Positions 9,162 to 19,079 are shown, counted from the stretch's first letter. The stretch is DNA of 64,000 nt from Chlamydiota bacterium (GCA_038534095.1 JBCAXK010000001.1:1-64000), one strand, 5' to 3'. Notes: generated from the letters alone by a model not told the origin. Made by a program: numbers and translations.

Positions 9162-10982
9162 TTAAGGATTAAAAAGTACCTCTTGTACAAGGGTCTCTAC
9201 CAAAGAATCGTATTCCTTTCGATTCTTAGGATGCAAGTAGCCATGTCCATCACCTGTAAATGCAACGAACGTGTGAGGGATCTGATAGATGCTTAAACTC
9301 TCTACCATCTTATAGCTATGGATGGGGAGTACGCACAGATCTTCTACTCCGCAAGTCATGAGAAGCTTTGCTGTTATGTGGGGCGTATATTGCAAGGGAC
9401 TAAGAGCACCTATACTCCCTTCCCTAAAAAGTTTTTCGTAGACAAAGTCCCAAATAAGATACTCTTGAGGAATCCAAGAAGAGGGCATCACAATGGGAAA
9501 ATCCGCAATAACCCCCTGAAATGCTTCCGGAGCTATTCCGCTAGCTAAAAGAGCTAAATAGCCTCCAAAACTGCCCCCTTTAATGACGGATTTTTTAGGA
9601 TGAATCCAACCTTGTTCTTCAGCAAATTTTTTACCTTGTAAAAGGTCCTCCAAAACAGTAGAGCTCCAATGGCCCAAACTTTTGTGTAAAAAGCGTTTTC
9701 CAAACCCGAAAGATCCCCTATAATTGATGAATAGGGAAGCAATCCCCTGAGTAGCCCACTCCTGGTGCATTGGTTTAAAACGCCAAGTCTGTCGTGTATG
9801 GGGTCCTCCATGCACTTCAAACACACAAGGAAACGGCGCTTCCCCCACTTGAGGTCGCAAAAAATAGCCTTGTACCTTTTCTCCGTCTTCCGCAAAAAAA
9901 GTAAAGCTCTCCATAACTCCGTAACGTTGCTTTTGAAAAAAAGGGGCATCTTCATGCACAAGTGTCAAGACTTTCTCCCGCAAATCGTAACGGTAATAGC
10001 AAGTCGGTCTTTTGTCAGAAACCAAAGAAAGAAGCCAAGTTTTTCCTTCGCGTAACCTCTGGAGTAGATACCAGTCCCCTTCTTTCTGGGATTGTAAATA
10101 CGCAAGTTCTTGCGCAAATATTGGATCAAAACAGTGCCATTTAAGCCACCCTTCTAGAGTTAAGGCTGCCTGCAAAGAGCCTGTTTTGGGATCAAAGTGG
10201 GCGGCAAAACAATCATATTCTGGATGAGAAAAAAGCAGCGTAAGCTCTTGATTTTCCAAATCAATGGAATAAAGACTTCTAGTATTTTTCTCCTTATAAG
10301 CCATAAAGAAGAGCAAGGTTTTTCCAGAAGCGTCCTTGGAAAAATGTAGCAACCTAGGATACCAGTCGTTTTCATCCAACCGGACAAGAAGGCGCCACGA
10401 CTCCCCATCCCAAAGATCAATGCTTTTTTCTCCGTTAGGAGCAAAGTGGATAGAAGCTTTCGGATTTCCTTCATCATCGCAAAGAGAGTCAAAACGATAC
10501 TGCATATGACCGGGGACTAAAGAGAGATCCCCCGTTTTCAGATCAAGTTGATAGTGATCACGAAATTTTGGATCTTCTCGGTTCATACGAAAAAAAAGGA
10601 TCTCATGATCCTGACTGAAACCTACAAACCATGCCGAAATATCTGGAAATGGGGTCAGATCCCGCTCTTTACCTTCCAAAGTCACTTCGTATAGGTGGTA
10701 ATTCCGATCCCCTTTTTCATCATAAAGGTAGATGAGGGAATCGCCTTTAGGACACCAATAAAAATTCGTAATTCCTCTAGGCCTACTCGTTACACATACA
10801 CCATCAACATGGACATTGTAGGCTCCTTCCACATCAGGAGCTAAATACGCAAAATGGGAACCGTTTTTGGTGTATTTTGGCTTTGCAAAGTCGTTGATGA
10901 AAAAAGGATCTATTTTTTGATGGTCATCAGGAAAAGACGCCATCAAAAAAACAGGAAGGAGAATAGATAAAAACACTTTCAT
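9162..10982 (-). CDS. S9 family (prolyl oligopeptidase/acylaminoacyl peptidase) serine peptidase, probably exported
   Basis: VHGGPH, NYRGSFGFG, nucleophile GGSFGG, D (EDLCV) and H (DGHGY). Likely start MKVFLSILL at 10982; the ORF track extends it to 11036. Confidence 0.88.
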   Translation of the reverse strand: MKVFLSILLPVFLMASFPDDHQKIDPFFINDFAKPKYTKNGSHFAYLAPDVEGAYNVHVDGVCVTSRPRGITNFYWCPKGDSLIYLYDEKGDRNYHLYEVTLEGKERDLTPFPDISAWFVGFSQDHEILFFRMNREDPKFRDHYQLDLKTGDLSLVPGHMQYRFDSLCDDEGNPKASIHFAPNGEKSIDLWDGESWRLLVRLDENDWYPRLLHFSKDASGKTLLFFMAYKEKNTRSLYSIDLENQELTLLFSHPEYDCFAAHFDPKTGSLQAALTLEGWLKWHCFDPIFAQELAYLQSQKEGDWYLLQRLREGKTWLLSLVSDKRPTCYYRYDLREKVLTLVHEDAPFFQKQRYGVMESFTFFAEDGEKVQGYFLRPQVGEAPFPCVFEVHGGPHTRQTWRFKPMHQEWATQGIASLFINYRGSFGFGKRFLHKSLGHWSSTVLEDLLQGKKFAEEQGWIHPKKSVIKGGSFGGYLALLASGIAPEAFQGVIADFPIVMPSSWIPQEYLIWDFVYEKLFREGSIGALSPLQYTPHITAKLLMTCGVEDLCVLPIHSYKMVESLSIYQIPHTFVAFTGDGHGYLHPKNRKEYDSLVETLVQEVLFNP

Positions 10983-11203
10983 AGGATAGAACTTCCCTCC
11001 TTCATAAGGAAAAAATTTTAATAAAAAGGTTGTCATTCTACTCTTATGTACGTAAAAATGCTACAAAAAAGGTAGGTCATTAGATCCTCAAAAACCCTAT
11101 CCTACTTTGGATTCTTGGCTAGAGCCGGGGAAAAGTCAGCTCGCATGAAGAACGTTGAAAAAATATAGCGCAAAATTCTGGCAAGATCACTTTGAAACAG
11201 CTT

Positions 11204-11647
11204 CTAGATAAAGTAAATCAAGCTGCTTACTTTCCTTTCTAGATTACAACTACAAGTCCACAGTTCCTTGGTGAAAAAATTGAGACAAAGCCCTGCAAGC
11301 GAGGTCATACGAACCGACACAAATACAATTTCAGATGCAATGTGTACAGGCAAAAAGGAAAGAGAGCTATATAAAAGAGTAATAGATGTTGTGAACTCAC
11401 AAATAAGGGCAATTTTAGGGTATTTGGCAAGTAGCGCGCTGAAAATAGGATGGACAAGCGCGTGCACAACGGTTGTTAAGGCAGAAAGGCCCCCTTTGAT
11501 CAATACGCCCACACAAGAATAGGCAGACAGAAAAATCATCGGAACATTGCACGTCCAAGTAACGAACGTTCCTAAAGCAGCGTTTTCAAGCGTATTTTTT
11601 AGCGCGCATTGTCGGTAGTTTGGAACACAAGAGCTTGGCATAAACAC
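11204..11647 (-). CDS. Hypothetical small multi-pass membrane protein
   Basis: 147-aa ORF made almost entirely of hydrophobic segments; no recognisable family motif. Confidence 0.55.
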   Translation of the reverse strand: MFMPSSCVPNYRQCALKNTLENAALGTFVTWTCNVPMIFLSAYSCVGVLIKGGLSALTTVVHALVHPIFSALLAKYPKIALICEFTTSITLLYSSLSFLPVHIASEIVFVSVRMTSLAGLCLNFFTKELWTCSCNLERKVSSLIYFI

Positions 11648-11781
11648 CCTAAGAATACTATTTCTTCAAAAATCTCGCCCATTCTATGAATGCGAATCTA
11701 TTTTTTACAAGGATAGATCTTGCTTACTGATGAAAAATACTGATCCAAAATACTGTGACAAGCCCTTCGTGCTCACGATCT

Positions 11782-12468
11782 TCACGAGCTACTCTCTATC
11801 GAGCGGATTTCGAAAGGCAGATCGTAGACAACTAAGCCCTTCCCCTCAACATTTACGCTCCAATTTTTCGAGGAGGTTTTGTTGCGTAGCGACAGATTCT
11901 GTTCTAAAGAAAGTCTATTTCCTGTAAGAGGCCATGTTAGACCTGTTGAATAACAGACCATTTCTGGGAAAGGGAGAAGAGAGACATTGGTACCTACCGG
12001 GCTTTTCCCGTAAAATATTTCATTAGCAAGGGGAACGCCTACTTTGATGATCGTTCTATTTTTGTGTTGTTGCGCATCTAAAAAAGTCACTGTTCTAGGC
12101 TCTTTTTCCTGCATCACGATATAGAAGTTCCCTAAAATATGATCAAATTCTCCACCATTGACCCCCAATACAAGAGTAGGACGTTTTCCTTGATTGTAAG
12201 TAAATTGCAAAGACTTTTGAAAGTCTGTGGTCGTTTGCTCTTCAATCAACTGGTAACGCTCTTTGCACCGGTCCATGATACAAGAATCCCCGTCTCCCAC
12301 AACGTATTGGGGAGAAATGCCGATCGCTCCCAAACTATCAGCAGCTCCATCAGCAGCCACAAGAAAAGGAGCCTTTGCAAGGTGTCGTACAAAGGGATTC
12401 CAATCCAGCAAACCATCGAGAACAATGATACTTTTTGCTTGAGCAAAAAGCAGGTCAATCTCGTACAC
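11782..12468 (-). CDS. thiN: Thiamine pyrophosphokinase
   Basis: LVAADGAAD, VGDGDS, TTDFQKSL and GGEFDHILGN motifs; C-terminal thiamine-binding domain (VSLLP...TGLTWPL...SLRN); GTG start. Confidence 0.9.
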   Translation of the reverse strand: MYEIDLLFAQAKSIIVLDGLLDWNPFVRHLAKAPFLVAADGAADSLGAIGISPQYVVGDGDSCIMDRCKERYQLIEEQTTTDFQKSLQFTYNQGKRPTLVLGVNGGEFDHILGNFYIVMQEKEPRTVTFLDAQQHKNRTIIKVGVPLANEIFYGKSPVGTNVSLLPFPEMVCYSTGLTWPLTGNRLSLEQNLSLRNKTSSKNWSVNVEGKGLVVYDLPFEIRSIESSS

Positions 12469-12715
12469 GATACCTTCGAGAAAGAATCAAAAGAGTAGAA
12501 GAAAAAATAGTCATCAAGATGTTTGTGACCCAAATAGCCGTTGCATCGATCAAAATGCCGTAAATGACCCAGCTAAGAGAGCAGATGAACAAATTCCACA
12601 ACATACCAGGAGATAGATCGGTAGAAGAGCGGGTTTGGTAGGTCCGGTAAATTTGGGGTAAAAGGGAGATGGTTGAAGTAACCATGGCAATAAGTCCAAT
12701 GACGTTAGCAAACAC
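12455..12715 (-). CDS. SemiSWEET / PQ-loop family transporter
   Basis: 86 aa with 3 TM helices; LLPQ, STDLS, WxxYG and TM3 Asn; GTG start with AGGA 5 nt upstream; overlaps thiN by 14 nt. Confidence 0.88.
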   Translation of the reverse strand: MFANVIGLIAMVTSTISLLPQIYRTYQTRSSTDLSPGMLWNLFICSLSWVIYGILIDATAIWVTNILMTIFSSTLLILSRRYRVRD

Positions 12716-12995
12716 AAAAATCCTTTATCTTGATTTTATCAAACAGACACAAAAAAGCACGAAAAATTCTTAAGGACCTTTGCAGCTTTCCCAAAAAATC
12801 GATTTTGGTGACCATATTAGTCGGCTTGTAGAAATCCCCCCTTATCCCAGTTGCGCTGTTTGGAAAACGATGACACATTTTCTCAAATAAGAACAATTTG
12901 GGCCCTTTTGAACAAATCTAGACCCAACGCTGCGCAAGAGAATAAAGGTTCCCTATTTTGGAGTTTATTCTCTCATGATTTCTGGGCGCCTTACT

Positions 12996-15656
12996 TTAAT
13001 CCCAATGTTTCACGCGCCATTTTCCAAAAGAAAAAATTTTAGGATAAAGCCGTTTGCGGATAGACTCTAAGCAAAACATCAACGCGCCAGGCAAAAGACA
13101 AAGACCCCAATCTTGTAAAGAGAGGGGGACCGTTTGGAAAATCTTCCCTAAAAAAGGGACATAGAGCAGCAAAAACAAGAGACCAAAAGCGACCAAACCC
13201 ATCAGAGCAAGAGATGGATTGGAGAAAAAGCCTAAAGCAAAAGGGGATCTTTCATCAGACCGAACGTGAAAAGCTAAGAACCATTCAAAAAGCACAATCA
13301 TTGCAAAGGTGACGCTGCGCGCTTTTACAAGAGTTTCCTCGTAGAAAGAAAATAGGGCAAAAGCAGACAGGCTCATCAAAATCGATAGAAAAAGAATGCG
13401 CCAGATCATACCAGGATAGAGAAGGCCCACACGAGCATCTCTTGGAGGGTGATGAAGCTCATGACCTGTTTTCGGCTCTAGCCCCAAAGGAATCGCTATT
13501 AAGGAGCCTGTAATCAGATTGATCCACAAAATTTGTATCGGTTCTAAAGGAGCTTTTTGCCAAGCAAAAAATACTAGGAAAATCGTTCCCACTTCTCCAA
13601 AGCACGTAGTGAGTAAAAATAGCGCAGAAGAGCGTATCCGGGTAAAAATAGAGCGTCCCTCTTCAATGCAAGCTAGAATCGTCTCAAAGGCGTCGTCTAC
13701 TAAAATCAGGTCAGAGGCTTCTTTAGCGACATCGGTCCCCTCTTTCCCCATAGCAATTCCGATATCGGCTTTCTCAAGGGCTGGGGCGTCATTGACGCCA
13801 TCTCCAGTCATCGCAAGAATGTGGCCGTCGCTTTTTAAAGCGCTGACAATACGCAGTTTATGCATCGGTTCAATCCGAGCGAAAATCGAGGTCTCTTCCG
13901 CTTTTTCTACAAGCTCTTTCGGAGAGAGCTTCTCAATGTCTGTTCCGATCAGAGCGCTTTGCGCTTTCAATCCTAGAGATTGCCCAATATGCATCGCTGT
14001 TTCTGGGCTATCTCCTGTCAAAATCAAGACAGTTATACCAGCCTGCCTGCACTCATCGACCGCTTGCTTCACCCCTTCTCGAAGGGGGTCGCTCATACCA
14101 TAAAAACCGACAAAAATCGCGTCCCGAGTCAGCTCTTTTTCTCCAATCTTTTTACTATAGGTGTTCTGGGCTTTGTAAGCTCCTCCTAGAACCCGCATGC
14201 CACTTTTTGCTAACTGTTTTGCCTCTTCTAGAAGGGCGTTTTTCCTATCTGGAGAAAGCGGCTCGATACCCCTCTTACCAAGGTACTTTGTACAAAAAGA
14301 GACGATCACCTCGGGAGATCCTTTCAAAAGCACTTCTATCTCTCCGTCAAGATCGCAAAGAGTAGCCATGTAACGCCGTTCACTAGAAAAAGGCACTTCA
14401 AAAAGGCGCTTGTTTGTTTTTGGCAAAAACGGAGAAAAGAGTTCATGCAACGTTTTGATCAGGCCCACTTCTGTCGGATCCCCGAGATATTCTGCGCCCC
14501 TTTCTTGCTCTTTTTTTACTGCATTGTTGCACAAATAGGCAATGTCGATCAGCTTACGGCAAGCCCTACTTTGTAGATCAGTTTTTGTGACTTGATGGCA
14601 CGCTAGCTTCTCCTCAGCTGTAATCAGATCGGTCCACTGCATCGCATTATTCGTCAACGTTCCTGTTTTATCTGTGCAAATCACATCGGCAGAACCTAAT
14701 GTTTCAACCGCTACCAGTTTCCGAATGAGCCCTTTTTTGCGAGCAATCCGGCGCACCCCTACAGCAAGGACGGCTGTGACCGTTGCCGGCAATCCTTCTG
14801 GAATGGCAGCTACCGCGAGCGCAATCGTTAAAAGAGAAATTTCGATCCAGGTGAGCCCAAGAAAAGCGCCTAAACCAATGAAGCAAAGGGCAAAAAGCAT
14901 CACAACAACCAGCATAAATTGGCTAAGCTGTTTGATGTTTCTCTGCAAAGGGCTTGGTTCTGTTTCCATTTCTTGGATACTACTTGTGATTTTTCCAAGG
15001 GCTGTATCCATCCCTGTAGCTGTGAGATAGGCCAGTCCTTTTCCAGAGGTCACTAACGTCCCTGAAAAAACCATATTTGTTTGGCTAGCAAGGGGGGTGT
15101 TTTCTGGAAGGGCTTCCTGACTTTTTTCTACAGGGAGCGACTCCCCTGTTAAAAAAGATTCATTCATCTGTAGTTCGTAGACTTCTACTAATCTAGCATC
15201 TGCAGGCACTTTATCCCCTGCTTCTAAAAGTAAAAGATCGCCAGGTACTAGCTCTTTTGTAGGAACGGTTTCTACTTCCCCTTTTCTTCGCACTCTGGCT
15301 GAAAGCGTTGTAAGTTTTAACAAAGCAGCGACAGCATTTTCTGCCTTGGCTTCCTGAATAAATCCTACAAGCACCATGATGAGTGTTGTGAGAAAAATCA
15401 CGCCCCCTTCTAAATAAGATCCTAGAAAACACTTGATCAAGCAGGCGACAAAAAGAATCCCCACCAAAGGGTTTACGCACTGCAGAAAAAAGATCTGTAA
15501 CAGATGTTTTTTCTTTTTTACTTTGAGTTCATTGCTTCCAAATTTCTTTTGAAGAGCGTTCACTTTTTCTGGACTTAAGCCCTCTTTCTCAACAAAAAAC
15601 TCAGCAACATTTTTGGTATGCCACATGACTTCCCCCCATTTTTTCAGTAAATGCAA
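12996..15656 (-). CDS. Cation-transporting P-type ATPase (P2A, Ca2+-type)
   Basis: TGES, PEGL, DKTGTLT, KGSPE, TGD and GDGVNDAPAL motifs; start may be the internal Met (MWHTK). Confidence 0.93.
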   Translation of the reverse strand: MHLLKKWGEVMWHTKNVAEFFVEKEGLSPEKVNALQKKFGSNELKVKKKKHLLQIFFLQCVNPLVGILFVACLIKCFLGSYLEGGVIFLTTLIMVLVGFIQEAKAENAVAALLKLTTLSARVRRKGEVETVPTKELVPGDLLLLEAGDKVPADARLVEVYELQMNESFLTGESLPVEKSQEALPENTPLASQTNMVFSGTLVTSGKGLAYLTATGMDTALGKITSSIQEMETEPSPLQRNIKQLSQFMLVVVMLFALCFIGLGAFLGLTWIEISLLTIALAVAAIPEGLPATVTAVLAVGVRRIARKKGLIRKLVAVETLGSADVICTDKTGTLTNNAMQWTDLITAEEKLACHQVTKTDLQSRACRKLIDIAYLCNNAVKKEQERGAEYLGDPTEVGLIKTLHELFSPFLPKTNKRLFEVPFSSERRYMATLCDLDGEIEVLLKGSPEVIVSFCTKYLGKRGIEPLSPDRKNALLEEAKQLAKSGMRVLGGAYKAQNTYSKKIGEKELTRDAIFVGFYGMSDPLREGVKQAVDECRQAGITVLILTGDSPETAMHIGQSLGLKAQSALIGTDIEKLSPKELVEKAEETSIFARIEPMHKLRIVSALKSDGHILAMTGDGVNDAPALEKADIGIAMGKEGTDVAKEASDLILVDDAFETILACIEEGRSIFTRIRSSALFLLTTCFGEVGTIFLVFFAWQKAPLEPIQILWINLITGSLIAIPLGLEPKTGHELHHPPRDARVGLLYPGMIWRILFLSILMSLSAFALFSFYEETLVKARSVTFAMIVLFEWFLAFHVRSDERSPFALGFFSNPSLALMGLVAFGLLFLLLYVPFLGKIFQTVPLSLQDWGLCLLPGALMFCLESIRKRLYPKIFSFGKWRVKHWD

Positions 15657-16025
15657 TAGAAAAAAATTTGTCTAGAAGATCTAGAGTTTTAAATCACAAA
15701 GGAGCCTTTTTTTAGGGAGATCATCGTAAGGAACGCGCAGTAAAAAATTGTTGAGGTTACAAAATGCTCCTAGATACGCTTTCTGAAAGCGTCAAAAAAG
15801 GCCGTAAGAACTACGTCTCTAGATTGATACCAAGAGCGAAAAATAGACAAGAAGAGTATCTACGTTTATTTCGGCGCTCACTTTGATAAAGATAGATCCA
15901 AGACGATGCATTTCTCTCAATATTTCAAGCCCAAAAAGGAGCTCTTCTAACCTAGGGTGAAAAGTAGGAATCATGCTTCAGCAAGAAACCACGCTCTAAA
16001 TCCAAATCGAACGAATAGGAGCTAG

Positions 16026-16070
16026 AAAAGTGGCGCAACCCAAACCTTCAATTGGCTTGCGCCACTTTTT
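16026..16070. terminator. Hairpin, probable (bidirectional) terminator downstream of the M48 peptidase gene
   Basis: aaaagtggcgcaa...ttgcgccactttt 13-bp stem extended by ccaa/ttgg, with A/T tracts on both sides. Confidence 0.7.
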
Positions 16071-16186
16071 ATAGGGATTTTCGAGCAAAGATCCCTGCTT
16101 ACTAACATAATCGCAAGAAACCCTTTACAAAGCGACTTTATAACTGGTCGTAAGATTTGCAATCATTAGAGAGCATCGCCATCTTT

Positions 16187-17596
16187 TTAAGCGTTAGAAA
16201 CCACCGGTTTGCTACCTAAAAACTTATGAAAATCTTCACAAAACTTTAAGGCATTATCTGAACAATACGGATGAGGCTTTGGCAGTTCTATCACAGTAGC
16301 ATGCTGCCTTAAAAATTCTGGAGCGATTTTTTTTGCCCCCATAAGAAGAGCCAGCAATCGCTTCTGCGCAGGTGGATGGGTAAGGAAAAGCTCACAACGA
16401 TTCAAACAGCTATCGACTTGAATATCCTCTAAAAACGCCTGAAGCCAAAGAGCTCCAAAAAGATTGCATTTTGCGTTGTGCGCCGCTAACATACCAAGTC
16501 CATCTGCTCGAAATTCCGCGTTTCTACTACGGGCCTTTTCAATAAAAAACTGAGAAAATTTTCCAAACAATTCTAAGATTACACGTATCGCATCTTGTTG
16601 TTCTTCTTTGCTTCTAAATACCTTCCATTCTTCAGGAGTGAGCTCAAATGAGGGCTTATTTTTAATCTCTTGATAAGTAGAGTCGTTTTTTTGTAACAGA
16701 TAAACTGTAAAAAAAGTAGCAACTGTTCTTAAGCACAACATTACAAAGTTCATGACAATAGTAACAATCCCATCCCTGACAGCAATGTGTACTCCCTCAT
16801 GACCGAGTAGAGCAGCTAAAACATCTTTTGATGTCACAAACAAGCCGCCTGAGGGATTAGAAAATGCTACTCGAATCACAGAATCATCGGGAAGGCGAAT
16901 ATCTGTATGAGTGATTGTGCCTTCTTGCAGCGCTCGCTCAATGGCATCTACCAATCTGTCACCTACACAAATGCCACCTCCGGGTACTGCGTAAGCGTTT
17001 AGTTGCTCAGACCGATCAAGAAAGGTACGATAGTGGAATTGCGCACGCTCTTTAGGATTGAATAACTCTCGATTGGCTGTAACGATCTCGTCTAAAATGT
17101 TCTGAAGATGGTTGCTCATCCGTTCACCATCATGCGTAGTTTTTCGAGATTGAAGCTTGTGTGAAGAAATCAGCTGCGGATAAAAAAGATTGTCTCCAAG
17201 CCATCTCTCTACGCCTCTTGATATCAGCGTAAAATGTCTTTTTCCATCTGCCGGATTGATCGGGTAAATCGTGTTGTAAAAACCGCCCATGCAATGAGAA
17301 ATAGGCTCAAATAAACGGCAAGACAGTTTGTTTAACAGAGAAAACATATACACAGAAAGTCCATAAATTTTTCTCACTACAAACGAAAATCCTTCAGAAA
17401 CAGAAGAAACAATGGTGGTAGCGCATAGATAGATCTGCTTGTAGCCAAGCAAAGTATACTTATAACAACCCGTTTGCCCTTCAATATACCGATCATTAGA
17501 AGGAGTGAACCAAGACCACTCATTAAAATGATGATACACCTCTTGCTGACCAGCAAGTAGGGAAGGTGTTTGTAAAGAAACATTTTGTGAGCCCAT
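16187..17596 (-). CDS. M48 family zinc metalloprotease with long N-terminal extension
   Basis: NAYAVPGG, HEGVH (HExxH), SRNAEFRAD and THP motifs. Probable start 17596 (GAGGT RBS); the ORF track starts at 17650. Confidence 0.82.
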   Translation of the reverse strand: MGSQNVSLQTPSLLAGQQEVYHHFNEWSWFTPSNDRYIEGQTGCYKYTLLGYKQIYLCATTIVSSVSEGFSFVVRKIYGLSVYMFSLLNKLSCRLFEPISHCMGGFYNTIYPINPADGKRHFTLISRGVERWLGDNLFYPQLISSHKLQSRKTTHDGERMSNHLQNILDEIVTANRELFNPKERAQFHYRTFLDRSEQLNAYAVPGGGICVGDRLVDAIERALQEGTITHTDIRLPDDSVIRVAFSNPSGGLFVTSKDVLAALLGHEGVHIAVRDGIVTIVMNFVMLCLRTVATFFTVYLLQKNDSTYQEIKNKPSFELTPEEWKVFRSKEEQQDAIRVILELFGKFSQFFIEKARSRNAEFRADGLGMLAAHNAKCNLFGALWLQAFLEDIQVDSCLNRCELFLTHPPAQKRLLALLMGAKKIAPEFLRQHATVIELPKPHPYCSDNALKFCEDFHKFLGSKPVVSNA

Positions 17597-18033
17597 AAAT
17601 ACCTCAAGTAAACTAAGATATTTTACAACAAAACTTGCAATAATTTCCATAAAATTTTTTTTTAAATCTTTGAAGGATCAGAATATTAAAGAGAACGGAA
17701 GTCGTGCAATCATTAGGAGAAGAGCATCCCCAAAGTAACGATCTATATGAGAAAAAATACTTAAAAAAGCGGGTAAAAAATGTTTACATCGATAGTAACC
17801 GGTCTATGGAGACTCACTTAAATGACTTTCCTGAAAAAAACTTTTTACGATGTAATGCAAAACGGCAAAAGCACTTTGTTCAATCCAGGCTTTTACGCAT
17901 GTACTCTCCGGATCAATACCCTGTTTGCAATGGATCAACACTTGCCACCAAAACAGGTTGCTTTCTTCTCTGAATAGACCCACTTCTTCCACTACAATAG
18001 TCTTAGAAAAGGAGAAGAAGTCTTGATTCTCTC

Positions 18034-18063
18034 TTGCGGTTTAAGAAAACTCTACTGTAAGAT
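18034..18063 (+). promoter_or_regulatory. Putative sigma66/sigma70-type promoter of tRNA-Asn
   Basis: TTGCGG-N18-TAAGAT ending 8 nt before the tRNA. Confidence 0.4.
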
Positions 18064-18071
18064 GGAGCTTT

Positions 18072-18143
18072 TCCGGGTTAGCTCAGCGGTAGAGCAGTGG
18101 ACTGTTAATCCATTGGTCGCAAGTTCGAATCTTGCACCCGGAG
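18072..18143 (+). tRNA. tRNA-Asn (GTT), CCA not encoded
   Basis: Acceptor TCCGGGT/ACCCGGA, D arm GCTC/GAGC, anticodon arm GTGGA-CTGTTAA-TCCAT, T arm GCAAG-TTCGAAT-CTTGC. Confidence 0.97.
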
Positions 18144-18580
18144 ATTCGCTGGTTGATGTGACACTGCAAGGATCGTTGAAAATGGTTAACGCAGTGTTAC
18201 AGACACCTTTTTCCCATCCAATTTTCAGTTCGAAAAGACGAAATTTACCAGCTGCTGTTTTTCCTTTAATTTTGAACTCATAAAGATTTCCTTAGCACGT
18301 TTCTCCAAATCTAGGACCGTTTTTTCTGTAATGAAACACTTTTTATACCCGTTGATATCCTCCCTCATTTCATTCGTAATGCTACGCTGCCGTATTTTGT
18401 ACTGCCCTACTTTAGCGTGGCAGCTAGTCAGTCGATTGCACTGTCGATGTGCCTATAAATGCGTTTAGAAAGCCGCTTTTGCATTTGGTCTAACTCCTTC
18501 ACGCAAGAAGTTTTGAGAATTTTTAAAAAGTTCCTGCTCTATTTGGAAAGATTTCTTTAATTAGGCAACAATGATCTTTT
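18105..18580 (-). pseudogene. Degenerate C-terminal fragment of a large serine recombinase (integrase), reading antisense into tRNA-Asn
   Basis: Manual translation across two frameshifts and several stops: LKKSFQIEQELFKNSQNFLR / KELDQMQKRLSKRIYRHIDSAID* / HAKVGQYKIRQRSITNEM...TEKTVLDLEKRAKEIFMSSKLKEKQQLVNFVFSN*KLDGKKVSVTLR*PFSTILAVSHQPANLRVQDSNLRPMD*. Confidence 0.7.
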
Positions 18581-19079
18581 TGAAGGAATGGATACCCGAT
18601 GGGTATAGCTCGAACATTTTCATTACATATGGAGTAATGAATGCTTCCAAACTCCATCTCGATACATTTTGAATCCATCTAGAAACTTCCTATGGAAAGC
18701 AAACTTGACAATCAATTTTTACAACTTCTTAAGCGATGAATTTTATAGTTGAGAGCTCTTGAGAAAAGCCTGCCAATCAAAAGTGCGAAGTCTACTCAGT
18801 AACTGGAGACTGTTTCATGGATGTGAGATGGGGCATAAGGTTAAAAAGGACTATAAATGCTTCATGATTATTTTCATCGGTTCTGTTTCAGCTCTCCCAA
18901 AACACCTCTCTTTCCATTTTGTTTTTTTCTCAATGCCAAGTGATAAAACTTTCCTCAAGGACCGATCCCCGTTCCTATAGTGATTTTTTAGGCATGATAT
19001 CCTGATAAGGAATTTACATCTTTTTTTCAAATTTTCCATTTGTTATGGTTTCCGATCATTCAAATTTGGAGAAAGATGT

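Noticed and set aside
12716..12995. TPP riboswitch upstream of SemiSWEET-thiN
   Set aside because: The conserved CUGAGA and CUGAUC...UAAU...GCGNAGGGA elements are not visible on the minus strand
18023..18283. 86-aa ORF over the tRNA
   Set aside because: Spurious frame spanning tRNA-Asn and antisense to the recombinase remnant
18600..19040. Upstream continuation of the recombinase or other island cargo
   Set aside because: The minus-strand frames I translated gave no recognisable catalytic, recombinase or zinc-ribbon motif
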